64,000 nt of DNA. It comes from Marsupella aquatica. Taxonomy: Eukaryota; Plantae; Marchantiophyta. The first letter of the stretch is position 1, and the number at the start of each line of letters is the position of its first letter. Shown one piece after another: positions 39,297-53,635 of the stretch. The translations under genes and the position numbers were made by a program. Location of the stretch: positions 21,113,867-21,177,866 of the forward strand of contig OZ316894.1 of the NCBI GenBank assembly GCA_973895155.1, written 5' to 3'. The notes beneath the pieces are model-generated. The model ran no database searches. It was not told the origin of the DNA and saw only the letters and a list, made by a program, of their open reading frames with translations.

Positions 39297-42200
39297 TCAC
39301 AGATTAATAGGACGAATTAGATTTTGCTCACGATTGCTGATAGTTTGGCAGCTATCTGGTAGAGAAGATCCATTGTTGTCAGCAGGCCGGCTCCCAGTAA
39401 AGAACAAAGAAACCTGTTTACAAGCACGGAACGCGTGAGGATGATGTGGATGCGAGGACAATCAGTGAAGACCAGATATTTTGTTACGACGATATTCTCA
39501 TAACTTGACTTTGAAGCCAACAGCAATCGGAGCTTTCCTAACTTTCAGACTGCCCAAACGTACCGCATATCTGCTTGTTTATTCAACTGAAATTCGCATT
39601 TCCAGAAACAAACTAGAAACTCTATTCCGTGCACGAAGATTTTGTGCACATTTAGATCTCCCATAGTTTTTCTTTAGATATTGGGGAAAAAACTCAGAGG
39701 TAAAAAACCTGAATGTCCGACTTCAAGCTTTTGGAGGGCTTGTCTAACTCTTCTTTTCTCAAAAGAGAGAAGTTGCTTCCTTGGACGTAGGCAGTGTTAA
39801 ACCAGAAGTAGAACAGTGGATCCTGAGGACATTACAAATATGCTGTTACACACTGGCACGTCGTTAATGACCGAACAGCCACATCTCCAATTGACTGCAA
39901 CCAAGGATTCGATATGACATTCCGAAATGCAAAACCATGTTTCCGTGAATGAGTTTATACAGTGAGAGAAACGGTGGGGCAAGTTACCCCTGGACTACCA
40001 AAAAACTCGATTTTCACATCCCCAGTGATCCATATTGGACCAAGGTTAAGAATTACAGTACTATCGGATTTACTTCTTGTGACCTCACGCTCCTGCAACA
40101 AAAAATTCCCGTCCAAATGTTAGACAGTGTTTCACGATCTAAAAATATCTTGACACATTATCTCATGTCTTTTGCGAGCAATAAATTACGACAGCCAAAA
40201 GAATGAAATATCCTACAAATAGCAAGGACTGACGTGATCCTAGCTTGACTGCTTTCCTACCACCTTATGGGCACTCCTACTTTGTTGATTTTTATGCAGA
40301 ATCTTCGAACTTCAACTTGTCACAGTAATCAGTGAAAGATATTAAACAATCTTCTAGTTCAAGCACCAGCTAAAGCTCAAATCTACTGTAGAGACCGTTT
40401 GTGCTATTTGGCCGAACTTCCTAAATCATCATATCCATATAATGTTACAGTCGAACCAACATGACAGCAGGTACTTGCAGCTCACCAACGTTGAAAAAAC
40501 CTTTGTTAGCAGGTAATTGCCCTGGCCATGGTTGGAAGAAACTACAAATTCAATATCTGTGGAAAACAGACATGCAAGGCACCAGATTTTAATACATTGG
40601 TCACTCAATGAAGAACCATCATACTTTCGAAAAAATAGAACGACAAAGCCAACAACAAACCGGATACTTCATGGCGAGGACAGCAAAAACTGTTTCATCC
40701 ACAACACAAAGGGCTTTCGACTAGAGAACTTGACAGAACAGAACCTTTGGTGCACACAATGTCAGCCGTGAAGGATATTTGCGTTAGCTCCAACTCAATG
40801 TTTGGGCTGGATCCCTTTTCTATGAGCTCATGAAAATAGCCCACATATCGCCTCTGACTAGGTATTGTCACGCCCTAAACACGCGAGTAAGATCAGTAAT
40901 ATCCATGGAGTTCCTCTGAAAGCAAATCTCAAAACCTAAACAAATTCCTTTTTCCCAAAACTTGAATATAGGTGCCCAGGAAAGGCAAAGCTGAGAGCAC
41001 AACCTTCCCATCTACGGTCCTCTTGTCTGCATAAAATTCCAGTGCTGTCAATGGATCAGGGCAATACTTTGTGTAAAGCAAATAGCAACACATCATCAGC
41101 CCTGCCCTGCCCTGCAATTGCGCAGCATAATCAGATCCTTGGACTAACGTTAATTGATAACGATATAGTGCAAGGTAAAGTCACCTACCCAAACACTTCT
41201 AGAGAATAAAACATGAAAAAGCCATGAGTTTCATTACAGCATTACTAGTTGGCCCGTTTTAGGCGTCAAAAGGCAAACACCTACAGTAGCTAGGAGAAGC
41301 AGAGAAAGGATACACCAACCTTTCCTGCTTTACAGTGGGTTACAAGAACGTTGTTCTCATCTTTCGACAGCCATTCATCCTACACAGGCCAAGCAAGAAT
41401 AATCCTTGTCAAAGGCAGAAAGTACTTTTGAGGTAATTTGGACCAATCCACTTCAGATTATCGGATTAAAGGTTAAATCATAAATTGTACCGAATATTTG
41501 AAGGTAAAACAACAGCTGTAGAGGTTACTAAGGGTTTCTATGCAGCTAGGTGTATTAATGCTGATGCCAATAAGGAACTTCCGCTCTAGTTTATAAGAAA
41601 AAGGTCATAATCCTTCAACATTGGCGTTGACAGATGACTCGGTAAATGGGGTGAGCATTGAAAATCAATCAAGTAATCGAAGTCTCAGACAATAGTGCCT
41701 CAAGTTTAATTTGCCACAGCCGCCACAGGTTGTTCAGCAAGCTCTACAAACTCCCCATCCACAAATTTGCTACAGATACATGCCATGGCAATTGAGAGGA
41801 AAACTCTCCGTGATTGAAAAGCTTAGTGTGAGAAATTTTACTGCAGTCTGACAGAACTTGAGAATGAGACTTAGGGGGGCAGGTTGATGATCCTCAAAAG
41901 GAATTCTCTCCACTGCACATTTCAGCAGAACCTTCCAATCATTACAATGAAGTCCAAGTCTCACAATCATTTAGAACCTGTCTCATGCACACCCTTGCCC
42001 TAGACTCGACTCATTACACTTTAACAACATTGATAATTTGGTGTGAGGCGCGTTTCATCAGAGCGAAAATCAATTGGCAGACATTGAACGGGAGAGAACA
42101 ACATATGAACATGGCTGAGATTAAAAACATCTAAAGGACAAGGCTAGAATACCCATTCTTATACAGCATTAGGGGAACATTTATGAATTGTCTCCTACAA

Positions 42201-43344
42201 AAGAGGAACCACTGGGAGATTCTTAGTTTTTGAAGGTTTCCTTGTGAAGTGGAATGCTTCCATGCACTCCATTTCAAAAGGAAGACCCTCAAACATGGAG
42301 GGTCTCCCATCGGCACTCATACGTCTGATTGTGAAAGGAAATTCTCACTAACGCTTGATTGAGTGGGTATCCTCACCTCAAACCTTCCGTTTTATCTAAC
42401 CCCACGGACTGTTCCAGGCAAATCGACTACTGCAAAACATGTACAGCTAAATAGATTTCAAGAGAACACTGCAGTCTACTCCAAAACTGTGGGTGTTCTG
42501 CCCTGAGAAGGAGAAACAAGGAAAGAGTAATCAAACTACACCAGTTTATTCGCAAACATCCAATTACGCACCATTTCCGCCAAGCTTACTAGGGTCACAC
42601 TCCCGTTCAGCACATCTGGATATCAAGCGAGTGATTGACAGCACACGTGAGTATGTCGTCCAAAACCAATGGACGGGTATTGACAAAGCAGAAGATGTCG
42701 AATACGTGCACTCACAGATTTATTATCTTGAAGTGCCCGTCATGATATGTGGTCAGAAACCGCATCACTTCCGAGAGGGGATTGCGAAACAACCCTTCTC
42801 TACCCTCAGCTGGATATCCCATGACGATCGTTCTTGGTGTTATATCTGCATCTCGAAATCAATGAACATCAGTTACTACGGAGTCTATGACCTTCGATCC
42901 GTGGAACCTTGCCCAGAAATCATCACGTGGCTTGGGAATTTACAACCCTAGAGCTCTACAATGTAGCCCTAATACCGAAGCAGTTAATAAGCCCCACTCC
43001 AAGACTCAATTTGGGAGACGTGTCGACGAAGAATATTCCGAACTTGAACTTCCAAGATTTCCTGAATGACCAGTAGTCCAGGACCCTGAATTTCTGTGGA
43101 CCCAGAAAACCAAATTCACCTTCCTTTGCAATGGGATTGCCCCAAACCAATAGCAAGACAGGGCCCTGGATAAATTGATGAGATTGGTGAGACAATTGAC
43201 CTACAATTCCTGTCAAATTGACCACAGATATGGGATTTTCAGTGAATTGGAAGCTCATAACTCACAGCTGAGGTCCAGATCAAAACCATTCTCTCGAAAG
43301 CGCCTCTTCTTCTTCGACACAAGATTTCGCACAATGCTCATCAT
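39297..43344 (-). CDS. PTEN: PTEN-family phosphoinositide 3-phosphatase (phosphatase + C2), 11 exons, 342 aa
   Basis: Exons 43344-43266, 42845-42716, 42615-42572, 41912-41842, 41379-41320, 41111-41004, 40874-40745, 40556-40486, 40092-39988, 39822-39709, 39413-39297 (all GT-AG, 1029 nt, no internal stop). Motifs: VSKKKRRFRENGFDLDLSYIT, PFEDHQP, HCKAGKGRAG, GVTIPSQRRYV, GDVKIEF, FYFWFNT, KEELDK. Confidence 0.93.
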
Positions 43345-44375
43345 TTTTCTACAAATATCCACGCTGAGCGTCTAAGAATTGAAGATTATCGTCAGAGACC
43401 TCCACTGCTCTATGCTCTTTTGATTTTATGATCATGAAGCCCGTCCTTTCTCATAAAACAGAAAGCGGGCACTCAACTGTAAAGGAACCTCGCCCGAATG
43501 ACAATCATGACCATCTCTAGACAAACTTTAGTCTCTCAGAATTGGGAGCCACACTAACTTATCTGCAATTGCCTGCTCTAAGGCGTTTCTTAGTCATGGT
43601 TTACCCTCTTCACCGTCCGTCATGTGATAAACCTACAGCTCATCCCTGTACAGCTGTGGGCGGCTGATTTTGCACCCGCAGGAGAAGATATCACCCAATT
43701 ACACAAAGCCGTAAACCAGATTACACTCAACGCCCAGTCATGACCATCAGAAGCCAATCTTCAGCTCCACAAGTCCAACGTTTGCCCTTCAACTGTGGTC
43801 AAATATGTGTTTCGCATCATTTGTTTTGATGTTCTCCTCTCATGTCGTTGTGAATTGACCCTTGTATGCAATCTACCGCCGTGAGGGAGCAGGCCCATAA
43901 GCTTACCGATCAGACCTCTTCTCATCTCTCAGTCTGGTCCAATGTCATCACTCTTTAGCCACTTTTACACAATCGGATCTCTTCAGCTACTTCCACAATC
44001 GGATTGGGTCTGTGCCCAGAATTGCAGTGTGCTCACGAAAGAGAAACAGTGAACGAGAAGGGTGGAGCGAATTGTAGAGCATGCTGTTTGTTCACAGGCA
44101 CATTCATGAAGGTTTCACATATTCCCAGAAGGCCAGAAGTGCATTCGGATGGGGGTCTTGATTTGTGAGGTGTCGTGTGCTGAAGCGAGTGCGACAGTGT
44201 CAGCAAAAGGTGGAGCATCTCAATAAAGTGCCAAGTGGAACATTCATTTTGCGCCCCTGGTTTGGATTCTACAGTTGGATTTTGGATCGGGTCTTCTCCA
44301 CTCGTGACAACTGTGACACAAGTCTCTAATAATAATATAAGAGGCAAATTGCACACTGCTCATTCAAATTCCCCC

Positions 44376-44575
44376 AAATGCGCAAACTCTTATGTTGATA
44401 CTTTTGGTTTACCAATATGGTCTTTATTAGGGGTCTCAAAGGTGACAAAATGCGCAAAGTCTTATGTTGATACTTTTGTTTACCAATATGGTCATTATTA
44501 GGGGTCTCAAGGGTGACAAAATGCGCAAAGTCTTATGTTGATACTTTTGTTTACCAATACTGTCATTACTAGGAG
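44376..44575. repeat. 3 x ~71-bp tandem repeat
   Basis: AAATGCGCAAA.TCTTATGTTGATACTTTTG.TTACCAATA at 44376, 44448 and 44519. Confidence 0.9.
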
Positions 44576-46814
44576 ATCTCAAAGCTGACAATTTGATGGA
44601 CAAAAAAAGTTATGAAATATGAAATTCATGGTCCATAACTTTTTCACGTAAGAATTGAGTTGGTCCTCTGCTATAAAATCTTTAGTCAACTGTAGACAGA
44701 AACAACATTTTATTTTTATATAATCTTTTGAAAAAGTTATGACTATTAGTTTATAGCCAAATGTGATATCCATAATTTTGAAGCTTTGAGACACCTATTG
44801 AGAACTTTTTCAAATAAGGAGTATATGTGTCTTTGGAAGTTGGTGCTTGGACACAAGTCAACACAAGGTTACACTCAAATCTTACTTTTGGGGAAGCATA
44901 TAAATTGCACTGCCAAAGAACCAAAAAAAACCAAATAGGGAGACATGATACCAAATGCAGGCGACCTAATAAAGGGTTGAAAACAAGTCAAGAGCCAAAA
45001 AGCCCGAGAGTCCCCCACTAGGGCAGAAGAACTATAGCCCTGTTGAGCACTGGTGAAGCTCTGGAGTAGACCCCCATAGGAGGGTCACCAAGAGTAAACA
45101 GGAAGAAAAATTCACCATTGAATGTGGTGCACCTCCAACTAACACACACCAAGAAAAAGAAAGCAAAACAATGTGTTTGTGGTTTGTTGAACACATAATG
45201 GTCCTCATTGTGGTTATTATTATTATTCCTTACTATTACTATCAAGGGTCCGGGTTCCATAAGTCAATAGCTCCTGTCCGATGTGTGTCACAGTCCATAG
45301 TTCACAACGTTTGTCTTCTTTCTCGTGGAACCGTGGCGCCCTCACCCTCACTTTTCTAAGAATCTGGGAGCGGAAATGGCAAGGGAGTGCATGTCCTACC
45401 CGCTCCACCCCATGTCCTCATTTCAGCACTCGGTCTCCCGCCCTTTGGAGTACCACGATGTTCTGCCGGGGAAGGCACGGTCCAACGACTGCAGTACTGT
45501 AGTAGATGTACTACTGTGGTAGCTTGTGCAGTTTGTTGTGCAACAATTACTCCATCGTTTTGGACTGACCCCACTCTGTCCAATTTCATTTCAGCGCATT
45601 GATAAAATCTCATTCCAATAGGGGTTGTCAAAAGCAAGGCCTTGAGTGAAATATAGTCAAGGAAATAAAATAATTTTATGGCCTTTACAGATTACCTATA
45701 TCCTTTTCAGTTCCCATTGCTACGGTAGCCACTCTTTTTGTCTTTGATTAGCCAAATTTTCCCTTAGTCACTGACCCCACTAGCCAAAGCCAGATGTTCA
45801 TCCTAAAACCACACAAACCAATCTTGTCCCACTAGCCAAGCACGAGGCCAAGAAGAAAAAACCTTAAGTTTTAATACAGAACAAAGATTACTGGTGGTGT
45901 AATAGTTTCTAGAGATCTATGCTCTTACCATAATCTATTGATGATGTTAGTTATATTCCATATTGAATTTATGTACTATAATGATGGTCTGAACTGGGGT
46001 CCTAGTCTGAACCCTGCTCTGAGAATGTTGAAGAAAGCTTCTCGGCCACTGCGGGTGAGTATATCTTCACTTTCTGGTCATACTATTACACTCTAAAAAC
46101 TCTGTTTTTTTTTCCCCTTCAATCGAGCATATTACTTATGAGGAGTGTCACAGATTTCTCCTTTACATTAAAAGAAAAATTAATCAGTGGACCCCCATGT
46201 TCATCAAAGGAATGTTTGTGTGATTAAGTGAAATCAATTTTCATCAAGGCGGTAACCAACGGTTTTGAGTCTCCCGATGGTGTTGGTGTGTGCTCGTACA
46301 AAAACAAATGCTCAAAAGATAGAGATGAATCAAACGGAAAGTTGAATGTGGAGGAATTGAGTTTTCTTATAGGTTTTGCTTACACATTGGAGAAATAATC
46401 TTTCAATCATTTTTGATTGATTGTTTGTGAGTTACATTGAGCATTACCGCCACAAGACAGACTAGAGCACAACACTTAGCTGTTGGCAAAAGAGCGTTTG
46501 TCAATTTGGTGGGAAGAATGTTCACACAAAACGAACGAGCCGTCACTTCAAACAAAGGATTTGTAGTTATTTTTATTTAAGAAAGCTATGGTGTGAGGGG
46601 AAGACCAACAATTGTTTCTTTGACATAGAGACTGCATTTGGCGTCAACCTGTGTTTAGAGTGAGCTTTAGTTGAAGACTATCTAAGAGATGCGAACAATT
46701 CAAGCCGGAAAGCAAGCATTGTGGACAAGCGATGGTGACGTAATCAAAGAAATCAATTTGTAGCAGCTTAGTTTGTGACGGTGACGAGATTGTGATATCT
46801 CTTAATCGAGAAAG

Positions 46815-47300
46815 GGTTTCCAATGAGCCTCAAATTGACAAATTTTGTCAAGTTCCATATGAATTTTTGAATATCTTTGCCTTTCCAATGAGTGTTAGTA
46901 TAAGAAATTTTGCTTATGAGTTCATGAATTCTTTTAGCTTTTCTAACATTGAGTCTGACATTTACAAATTTTATGTCAGATTTTGTCACGGTGCTAAAGA
47001 GATCAAGAGTTTTTCAATCTTTTTAGCTTTCTAATGTGTGACATTGAGATTATTTGTCAAGAAATAGGGAGATCATGAGTATCTAAATTTCTCTAGCTTT
47101 CCAATGAACCTAACATTGATAGATTTTATCAAGTACTAAAGAGATGATGAGTTTTTAATTTTACTCTAGCTTTCCAATGAGTGACATTGAGAGATTTTAT
47201 CAAGACATTACTAAAGAGATCACGAGTTTCTAAATCTTGATCTTGAATTTTCCAATGAATCAAACATTGGAAAATTTTATCAAGTACTAAGGAGATTTAT
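46815..47300. repeat. Degenerate AT-rich ~55-65-bp tandem array
   Basis: Recurrent TTTCCAATGA..ACATTGA..ATTTTATCAAG..CTAAAGAGAT. Confidence 0.65.
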
Positions 47301-47802
47301 TATTTAGTTTTACAATGTGAAGCCAAATGGGTTTTAATTATGTACATTTCTATCTATTGATTTTTTCAAATTTGTAAACAATTAAAAAATATAAACATTT
47401 TGATATAAGACATTGATATATCTTTGACAAACATCAAAATGGTAACTTTGATTTACTAAATGATATCTCTTTCTTTGTATTTTGGTTTTTTTTACATTTA
47501 TTATTTACGGTATGGCGCCTCAAAAATTACGTTGCTTTTGCCACAAACAGGAATGTGCATGTTTGTTATTGTTTAAAGTAGAATCATTCCTGTTTGTGAC
47601 TAGTTGTAATGATGTGGCGCAACCTCGTGGCAGAGAATTTGCAAGAGACCCCTAATAATGGGGTCCGTAACCAATAAGAAAAAGGAGTAACCCCTTTCTG
47701 GTCATACGAATACGTTCCAGTAACCCTGTGCCCCAAAAGTGATTATCCTATATACTTACACATTACCCTGCAGTCCATCCTATTGCGTGGACGTCGAGTA
47801 TC

Positions 47803-47890
47803 GGTACTGTGGTCGACAAGGTACTACGCAGTCCATTGCGGCCAACATCGATACTATGGTCGACAAGGTTACTGCGCAGTCCATTGCGGA
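47803..47890. repeat. 48-bp tandem duplication upstream of PP2C
   Basis: TACT.TGGTCGACAAGGT.ACT.CGCAGTCCATTGCGG occurs twice. Confidence 0.85.
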
Positions 47891-49754
47891 AGAGCTCGAC
47901 CATCATCGATCCGACTAGAAAGGAGAGGAGACGAGACGAAAGGAGAGGAGACGGGGAGATGATCGTTTCCATCGATGTCATCCAATTCTCTGCCGTTCCA
48001 TTCTGTTGTCTCGGAATTCAGAGAAACATTTTCTCTGTCCAGGAGCCGAGCCACTCCGATCATCCCCACTTCTTCGAATTCTGTCGCATGTAATCTCGTT
48101 CCATTTCATTGCATGATTGTCTGACGCGGAAGAGCTTCATCGTTTATCGGACGAGAACGGGCGGCAAGGAGGCGAGAGGAGAGGGAGAGAAAGAGATGTC
48201 CATTTCCATCCTTTCTCATCAAATTCCGGCCCTATCATTTCAACGACAGGAGACGAGAGGAGATTCTCGCTTTCCATCCAATTTCGGCCCATTCACTCGC
48301 AGTCTTGAGTTGTTTGTGTTGTTTGCGGGCGGACCGCACTGATCCGCGGTGAAGCAAAGGGCGCGAAACGGAGAGGAGTGTCCGGGGGTTGCGGTGTCAG
48401 TAGTGGCGCAGTTTGTTGTTGACGTTCCCCGGGCGTGTGAGGATAAGGTTCATGATCTTATAGAATCATCGGACAGATTGGAAGGGCGGGCACCAGGTTG
48501 TTGTGCGTGTTCGCTTCCTCCAGACAGGGAGACAGGCGGTCATCAGTAGTATAGTAGCAGCAGTCTCTGGCCTTGTTCTTCTCCCTTCCTCAGTTCGTCC
48601 TGCTCCGGCGCGTTAGGCTGCCTGCCGCATCTTCTCCAGACTCATTGCACGCGCCTCAAAGAACTGATACAATTCCAAGCGAAAACGTATTGTTGCAAAA
48701 GCTACTGGACGGAAGGGACAGACGGATGGACACGACTTCAAGCGTGGTTTACCCCGCGAGGTTTTTGCCTTTCGGTCCCTGACCTGACCACCGCCTTTCA
48801 TATCATCGCTTTGGGATCTTCCGCGTTGCCCTTTGCCCTTTGCTCGGGACAATCGTGGCTCACTGTGGAGCAAATTTTGGTAATTGGTGGAGAAACTTTG
48901 GAGATGGGAAACGCGAGACGTGTCTTTGAGACCTAATGATTTAACTGTTCGATATTTTGTGGCGCTCCCTTTTCTCGACAGAGATTGTACAACAGTGCCC
49001 TCTATAGCATCTCCTCCTACGTCATCGTCCGTGTCGCTGCGCATTTTGAGCTCTGCTGGCGGAGAAGGTGTGAATGGGCCGGTACAGCCGCAACTGACAA
49101 CAAGACATAATTGCTGTTCCAAGGAGTCATCAAGAAGGGATTGCCTTTCACAAGAGTGAATGGCGCTGTGACGTGTTTCCAAGGGTGTGAATGGCGAAAG
49201 GGAATTCACTTCTCTTCTGGGATTGACACTTGCTTGGATTTATAGCGGGAGACTACCTCCTCGGACGTCCGTGCGTTGTGAATTACTGTGCAAAGTGTGA
49301 AAAATTGTGGATTTCGAGGAACTTTTCGAGAAGCAACTGCGGTGGAGGGAGAAAGTACCGGGGATTTCAAGACCTATTCGCTGTCCGCATTTTACATTTC
49401 AGAGCGTGGTGTAAATTGCTGAGTATATTTCTGTTGCAGTTTATGGTTGAGGGAGGAGATTCACTGCCTCTTCACTAGGTGAGACCCAATTTTCTTGAAC
49501 GAATTTATAGGAGGTTTGGCTTTCTTCACGGTGAAGGAGTTGCATAGAGAGGATGGGGATGCTGAAGCTTTGCATTGGAAGGATTGGAGCCGTTGGTGAC
49601 CTCTGAATTGAGGCATTTGATTTGGGGAGAAAGGGAGACCCCTTGAAAGGACATACTGAAGCTCTGCACTCAATGGACTGGTGTCCCTCTTGTTGGTAAA
49701 TTTATTGAGGGACTTGCTGTGGGGAGAGAAGGAGAGGGAGAGAGGCTTTTTACG

Positions 49755-52700
49755 ATGCCCTCTCTGCACAAAGTCTTGAAGTTGAAGGCGGGTGTTAGAG
49801 CAACAACTGCGCAAGCTCGGTTGTTTCCAGCAGGAGTCAAGAACGAGAATCAGAAGCTGCGTAGGGGGGAGAAGCAATCTGTCAGTAGCAGCAGCAGCGG
49901 TGCCCCGGACCCATCTTCATCCTCATCGTCATCATCACCGTCATCACCTACTTCTCCACGTCCCTCGTTTGTGAATTCTTTCGTCTCGCAATTCTCGTCC
50001 AGTGCGTCCTCTGCATCTCCGGCATCCTCTGCGGCGTCATCGGATGCTGGGGGAGCCGTGCTCAATTTCAGGCATGGGAGGGATACGGGGTTGACTGTTT
50101 CCGAGTCCCTTTCGAGGGCTGTTTCGACGCCTTCGGTGCACAGACCTCTCCGGCAGTCTTCCCAGCCTCTGATTTTTGACGCCAACGAGCCAGAATGGGC
50201 GAAAGGGTTTGCTGTGAAGGTGATGTTTGTCAACAGTCCCAGAGGAAGGACGGAGGATGTTCTATTCCGCAAAGCAGCGGCCATCAAGGGAGGGAATTCA
50301 GGCAATTCTCCTCGTGACAGAGCGTCACCGAAGGGGCATCTGAAGGATACAGGGAACAACTCACTCTCTTCTCTGCGGAATGAGGTCTGGAAGGAAAGGA
50401 GATGGAGGGCTTTGGGAGCCGAGGTCAGGGAGGAGGCTTGTAAAAGGGAGTCACTGGCGGAATTGGACAAGAACTCTGTAAGTAGTCTTCCAGAGAGAAT
50501 AGAGCATAGTGAGGATGTGGCAAGAAACCCGTTCTACTCAAAAGAGGATCCTGTAAAGAATGAGGCTGCGCGTGTCATGTTCCAAGAATTCAATACTGCT
50601 CAGGAGTTGGAGACAATTGGCAAGGTCAGCGGCTGGAATCGTGACAAATGCGCAATTGGATTGCAACCCTTGAGGAATCACTCAATTCCTGTCAACATTT
50701 GCAACGACAGTACAATCACTCCTCGCTCGGGAGGCTTCTTCATGAGGGCTTTGCACGATGCGAACTTGGCAGGGGAAGGGGTGACGTTAGATCGTTCGTC
50801 AGAAAGTGCGACCAATGCCAAATCCCAACAGTAAGATTCCGTTCATTCCAATCACCATTAATTCATTTTATCCGCCTCTGTATGTTGCCTTGAATGTTAC
50901 ATTCTCGGCGCCTACAACCTGAACCTCGGTATCATTTCGGTTATCTACCTTATTGCCATAGTTACGCCACCAATTGCTACTCAAGCCCTGAGCAGACACT
51001 CTTATGCAATGCTCTTGTAATCTCTTTCTTTGATGCCGTTGGGAGACTCGTTCTTACGTATTGCCCTTGTCAGGTCTGCAAGCGATGGTAAATCGTTGAA
51101 ACTGGTCTCTGGAGCATGCAATCTTCCGCACCCGGAAAAAGTGAAGACTGGTGGAGAAGATGCATATTTCATATGCCCCGATAAGCAAGTGTTCGGAGTG
51201 GCAGATGGCGTTGGAGGTTGGGCGGATCTTGGCATTGATGCTGGAGAGTACGCACGAGAGCTGATGTCACAATCCTTGATCGCAGTTCAGCAGGAGCCTG
51301 CAGGATGCATTGATCCAGCGCGGGTGATGAAGAAAGCTCACTCTTTGACAAATTGTAGAGGGTCCTCAACGGCATGCATCATTGCGCTGACTGATTCGGT
51401 AAGGCTTTTAATCTTTCACTTGCAATGTAATGAGCCGTTTAATTATGGTTCGCATCTGCAAACTCTCACCCAGTTTAGGTGTCCGCTACTTTGGAAGGAG
51501 AAAACGAAAACGCCTTAGCAACGTTTATTGAGGGGAAACTGTGGACTTAGTGTCAGCAAACTTTATATGCAGTCCGCCACAATCATTGTCGAAAACTTGG
51601 ATGCTAATTTGTACCTGTGCTCTGCATTAATTTTTTCCCTTGGTATGGCCTTGCCGTCCAATGATGTGGATGACACTTCGTTCTATCTACCTACCCAACT
51701 TCTTAAAAAATAACCATTCCTTCTTCTTCTTGAGCCATCTTGTCTTAGCTTTCTCACAAGTTCTGAATCTCTCTCCTTGGGCATCTTGCAAGCTTTCCGC
51801 GTCGCTTTCGATTTGTGCGATAGTACTCCACTAACTTCTAGGAGATTCTCAATCCACCGACGTGTTAGAAAACGAGAATATTACGAACGACTAGGTCATT
51901 TGTCTACAATTAAATTTGTACTGATGAGGTTCAACCTGTGATGGATTTGTTGAAAATCTGATGTTCAGGGCAAGGATCGCAAGTCCTGTCCATTCGTCAA
52001 TCCTCAAATCTACTCTGAACCCATAAGTACATGGCACATTGTTTAAGAATATTGAGCCTCCCTTGTTGGATGTGACGTCAGGCTTTGGAAGCTGCAAATT
52101 TGGGAGATAGTGGATTTGTTATCGTTCGAAATTCTCGGACAATCTTCAAGTCACCTGTGCAGCAACACCAGTTCAACATTCCTTTTCAGCTAGAACATAA
52201 TGGAAGTGACCCTCCAAGTGCTGCTCAGGTGAACAGACGTCCCCCCAAGTTTTGTCTCTAATCGGGGCAAGGGTCTTGTGCCAGGAAATGTGACTTCATG
52301 CGCAATACAGCTTCACCACTGGGGTGCTTTTATTGTTATGTCAAAATTGACTGATGGAAGGGTTTTCATCAGAATGCATCTGGCACCGTGAAGAGAAAAG
52401 TGTTTAATCTCTTCAATGATTGTAAAGAATGTGACAGGCACGCATAGGTGCATCGAGATGGGTAATGCTTGTCATCAGGATCTGCCTCTTTTGTCGAATT
52501 TTCCAGCTATTATTAACAGAGAAAAACACTGAATGAGGCTCATTCCGTCACATGTGCAGGTCTTTTCTTTCCAAGTATTTCAGGGAGATGTCATTGTAGC
52601 TGGAACCGACGGGCTTTTTGACAACTTGTACGATAGTGAGTTGACCACAGTTGTTGTTCAAGCAGTAAGGGGAGGGCTGGATCCTCAAAGGACTGCCGAA

Positions 52701-52868
52701 AAGATTGCTGCCTTAGCAAAATCCCGAGCTCAAGACAAGAATAGACAAACGCCCTTCTCTACGGCTGCTCAAGATGCGGGCTTCCGGTTTTATGGGGGTA
52801 AAATGGACGACATCACGGTGATCGTGTCCTACATAACAGGCAGCAAGTCTACCACGTCTAGGCTTTGA
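49755..52868 (+). CDS. PP2C phosphatase, PPTC7/PTC7-like clade, long Ser-rich N-terminus, 4 exons, ~618 aa
   Basis: Exons 49755-50830, 51074-51398, 52082-52228, 52560-52868, in frame. Motifs PHPEKVKTGGEDAYFIC, GVADGVGGW, GSSTAC, ANLGDSGF, GTDGLFDN, GGKMDDITV. Confidence 0.93.
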
Positions 52869-53635
52869 TGCATTACAACGCCAACAACGTTATCTTCAAA
52901 CTGTCGATTTGAAAGTACAACAATGAAGAAAGAATACTCTTTAGGACCTGTGTGAGGCAATTCGCACATAATTTGATTTTATTCACTGTTCTCCGGAGTA
53001 TTTGTGTACAGGGTGTCTTTAGTAGCTGAGGTATGCTAGCCCAGGCAGCAGCTGCCGGCATTGGATCAATTGTAAGTAGGATTTCTCTGGAGTTTAATTT
53101 CATCTTGAATAAATCACATACGATGTTAGTCTCACTACGACCACTATGGTAAGGTCACGATGACATTCTCCGATTCCTCTGCAATGTCTGGAACTTTTTG
53201 ACCCAATATTCAGATGGGATGTAACATCACGGTTGATTGCGTAACAAGAGCCTCAAATGTTAGCTACTCATGGTCATCTGGGCAATTGCAACCAGTTATG
53301 CCCAAACTAGGTGTTCTGCTCTGTGAATTATGATCCGGCAGGTTCCTGTATGCTTTGGAACTTCTCGGACAGTTTAGACTTGTTACTGGTTATTTGGGAA
53401 GTCTGAAGGTAACCAGTTGGTCTGTGCTTTGCACTTCCAGGTTGATTCCTAGTCGAGTAGGTCTTCATACAAGTTGTCCGGCCCATCAATGTACTTGTAT
53501 GACTGGCAAAATCAAAGGGGTCTCTGGAGACTGTTATATTGAGTACAGCTTGTCCAAACATATACGTCTATTGACAAGCCTATGTTATCGAAAGATTGAC
53601 TAATTAACTTGAGGTATAGATTCCTAATCTGATCT

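Noticed and set aside
39850-39900. GDVAVR-containing candidate PTEN exon
   Set aside because: The true GDVKIEF exon is 40092-39988 and splices in phase to 39822.
40780-40830. Apparent frameshift/stop in PTEN exon 7
   Set aside because: Careful re-reading gives an open frame (IEKGSSPNIELELTQISF); the gene is intact.
48613-49209. 198-aa minus-strand ORF (also 49850-50470, 61582-62432, 22096-22572)
   Set aside because: No recognisable domains. These are antisense or alternative-frame shadows of real genes or their leaders.
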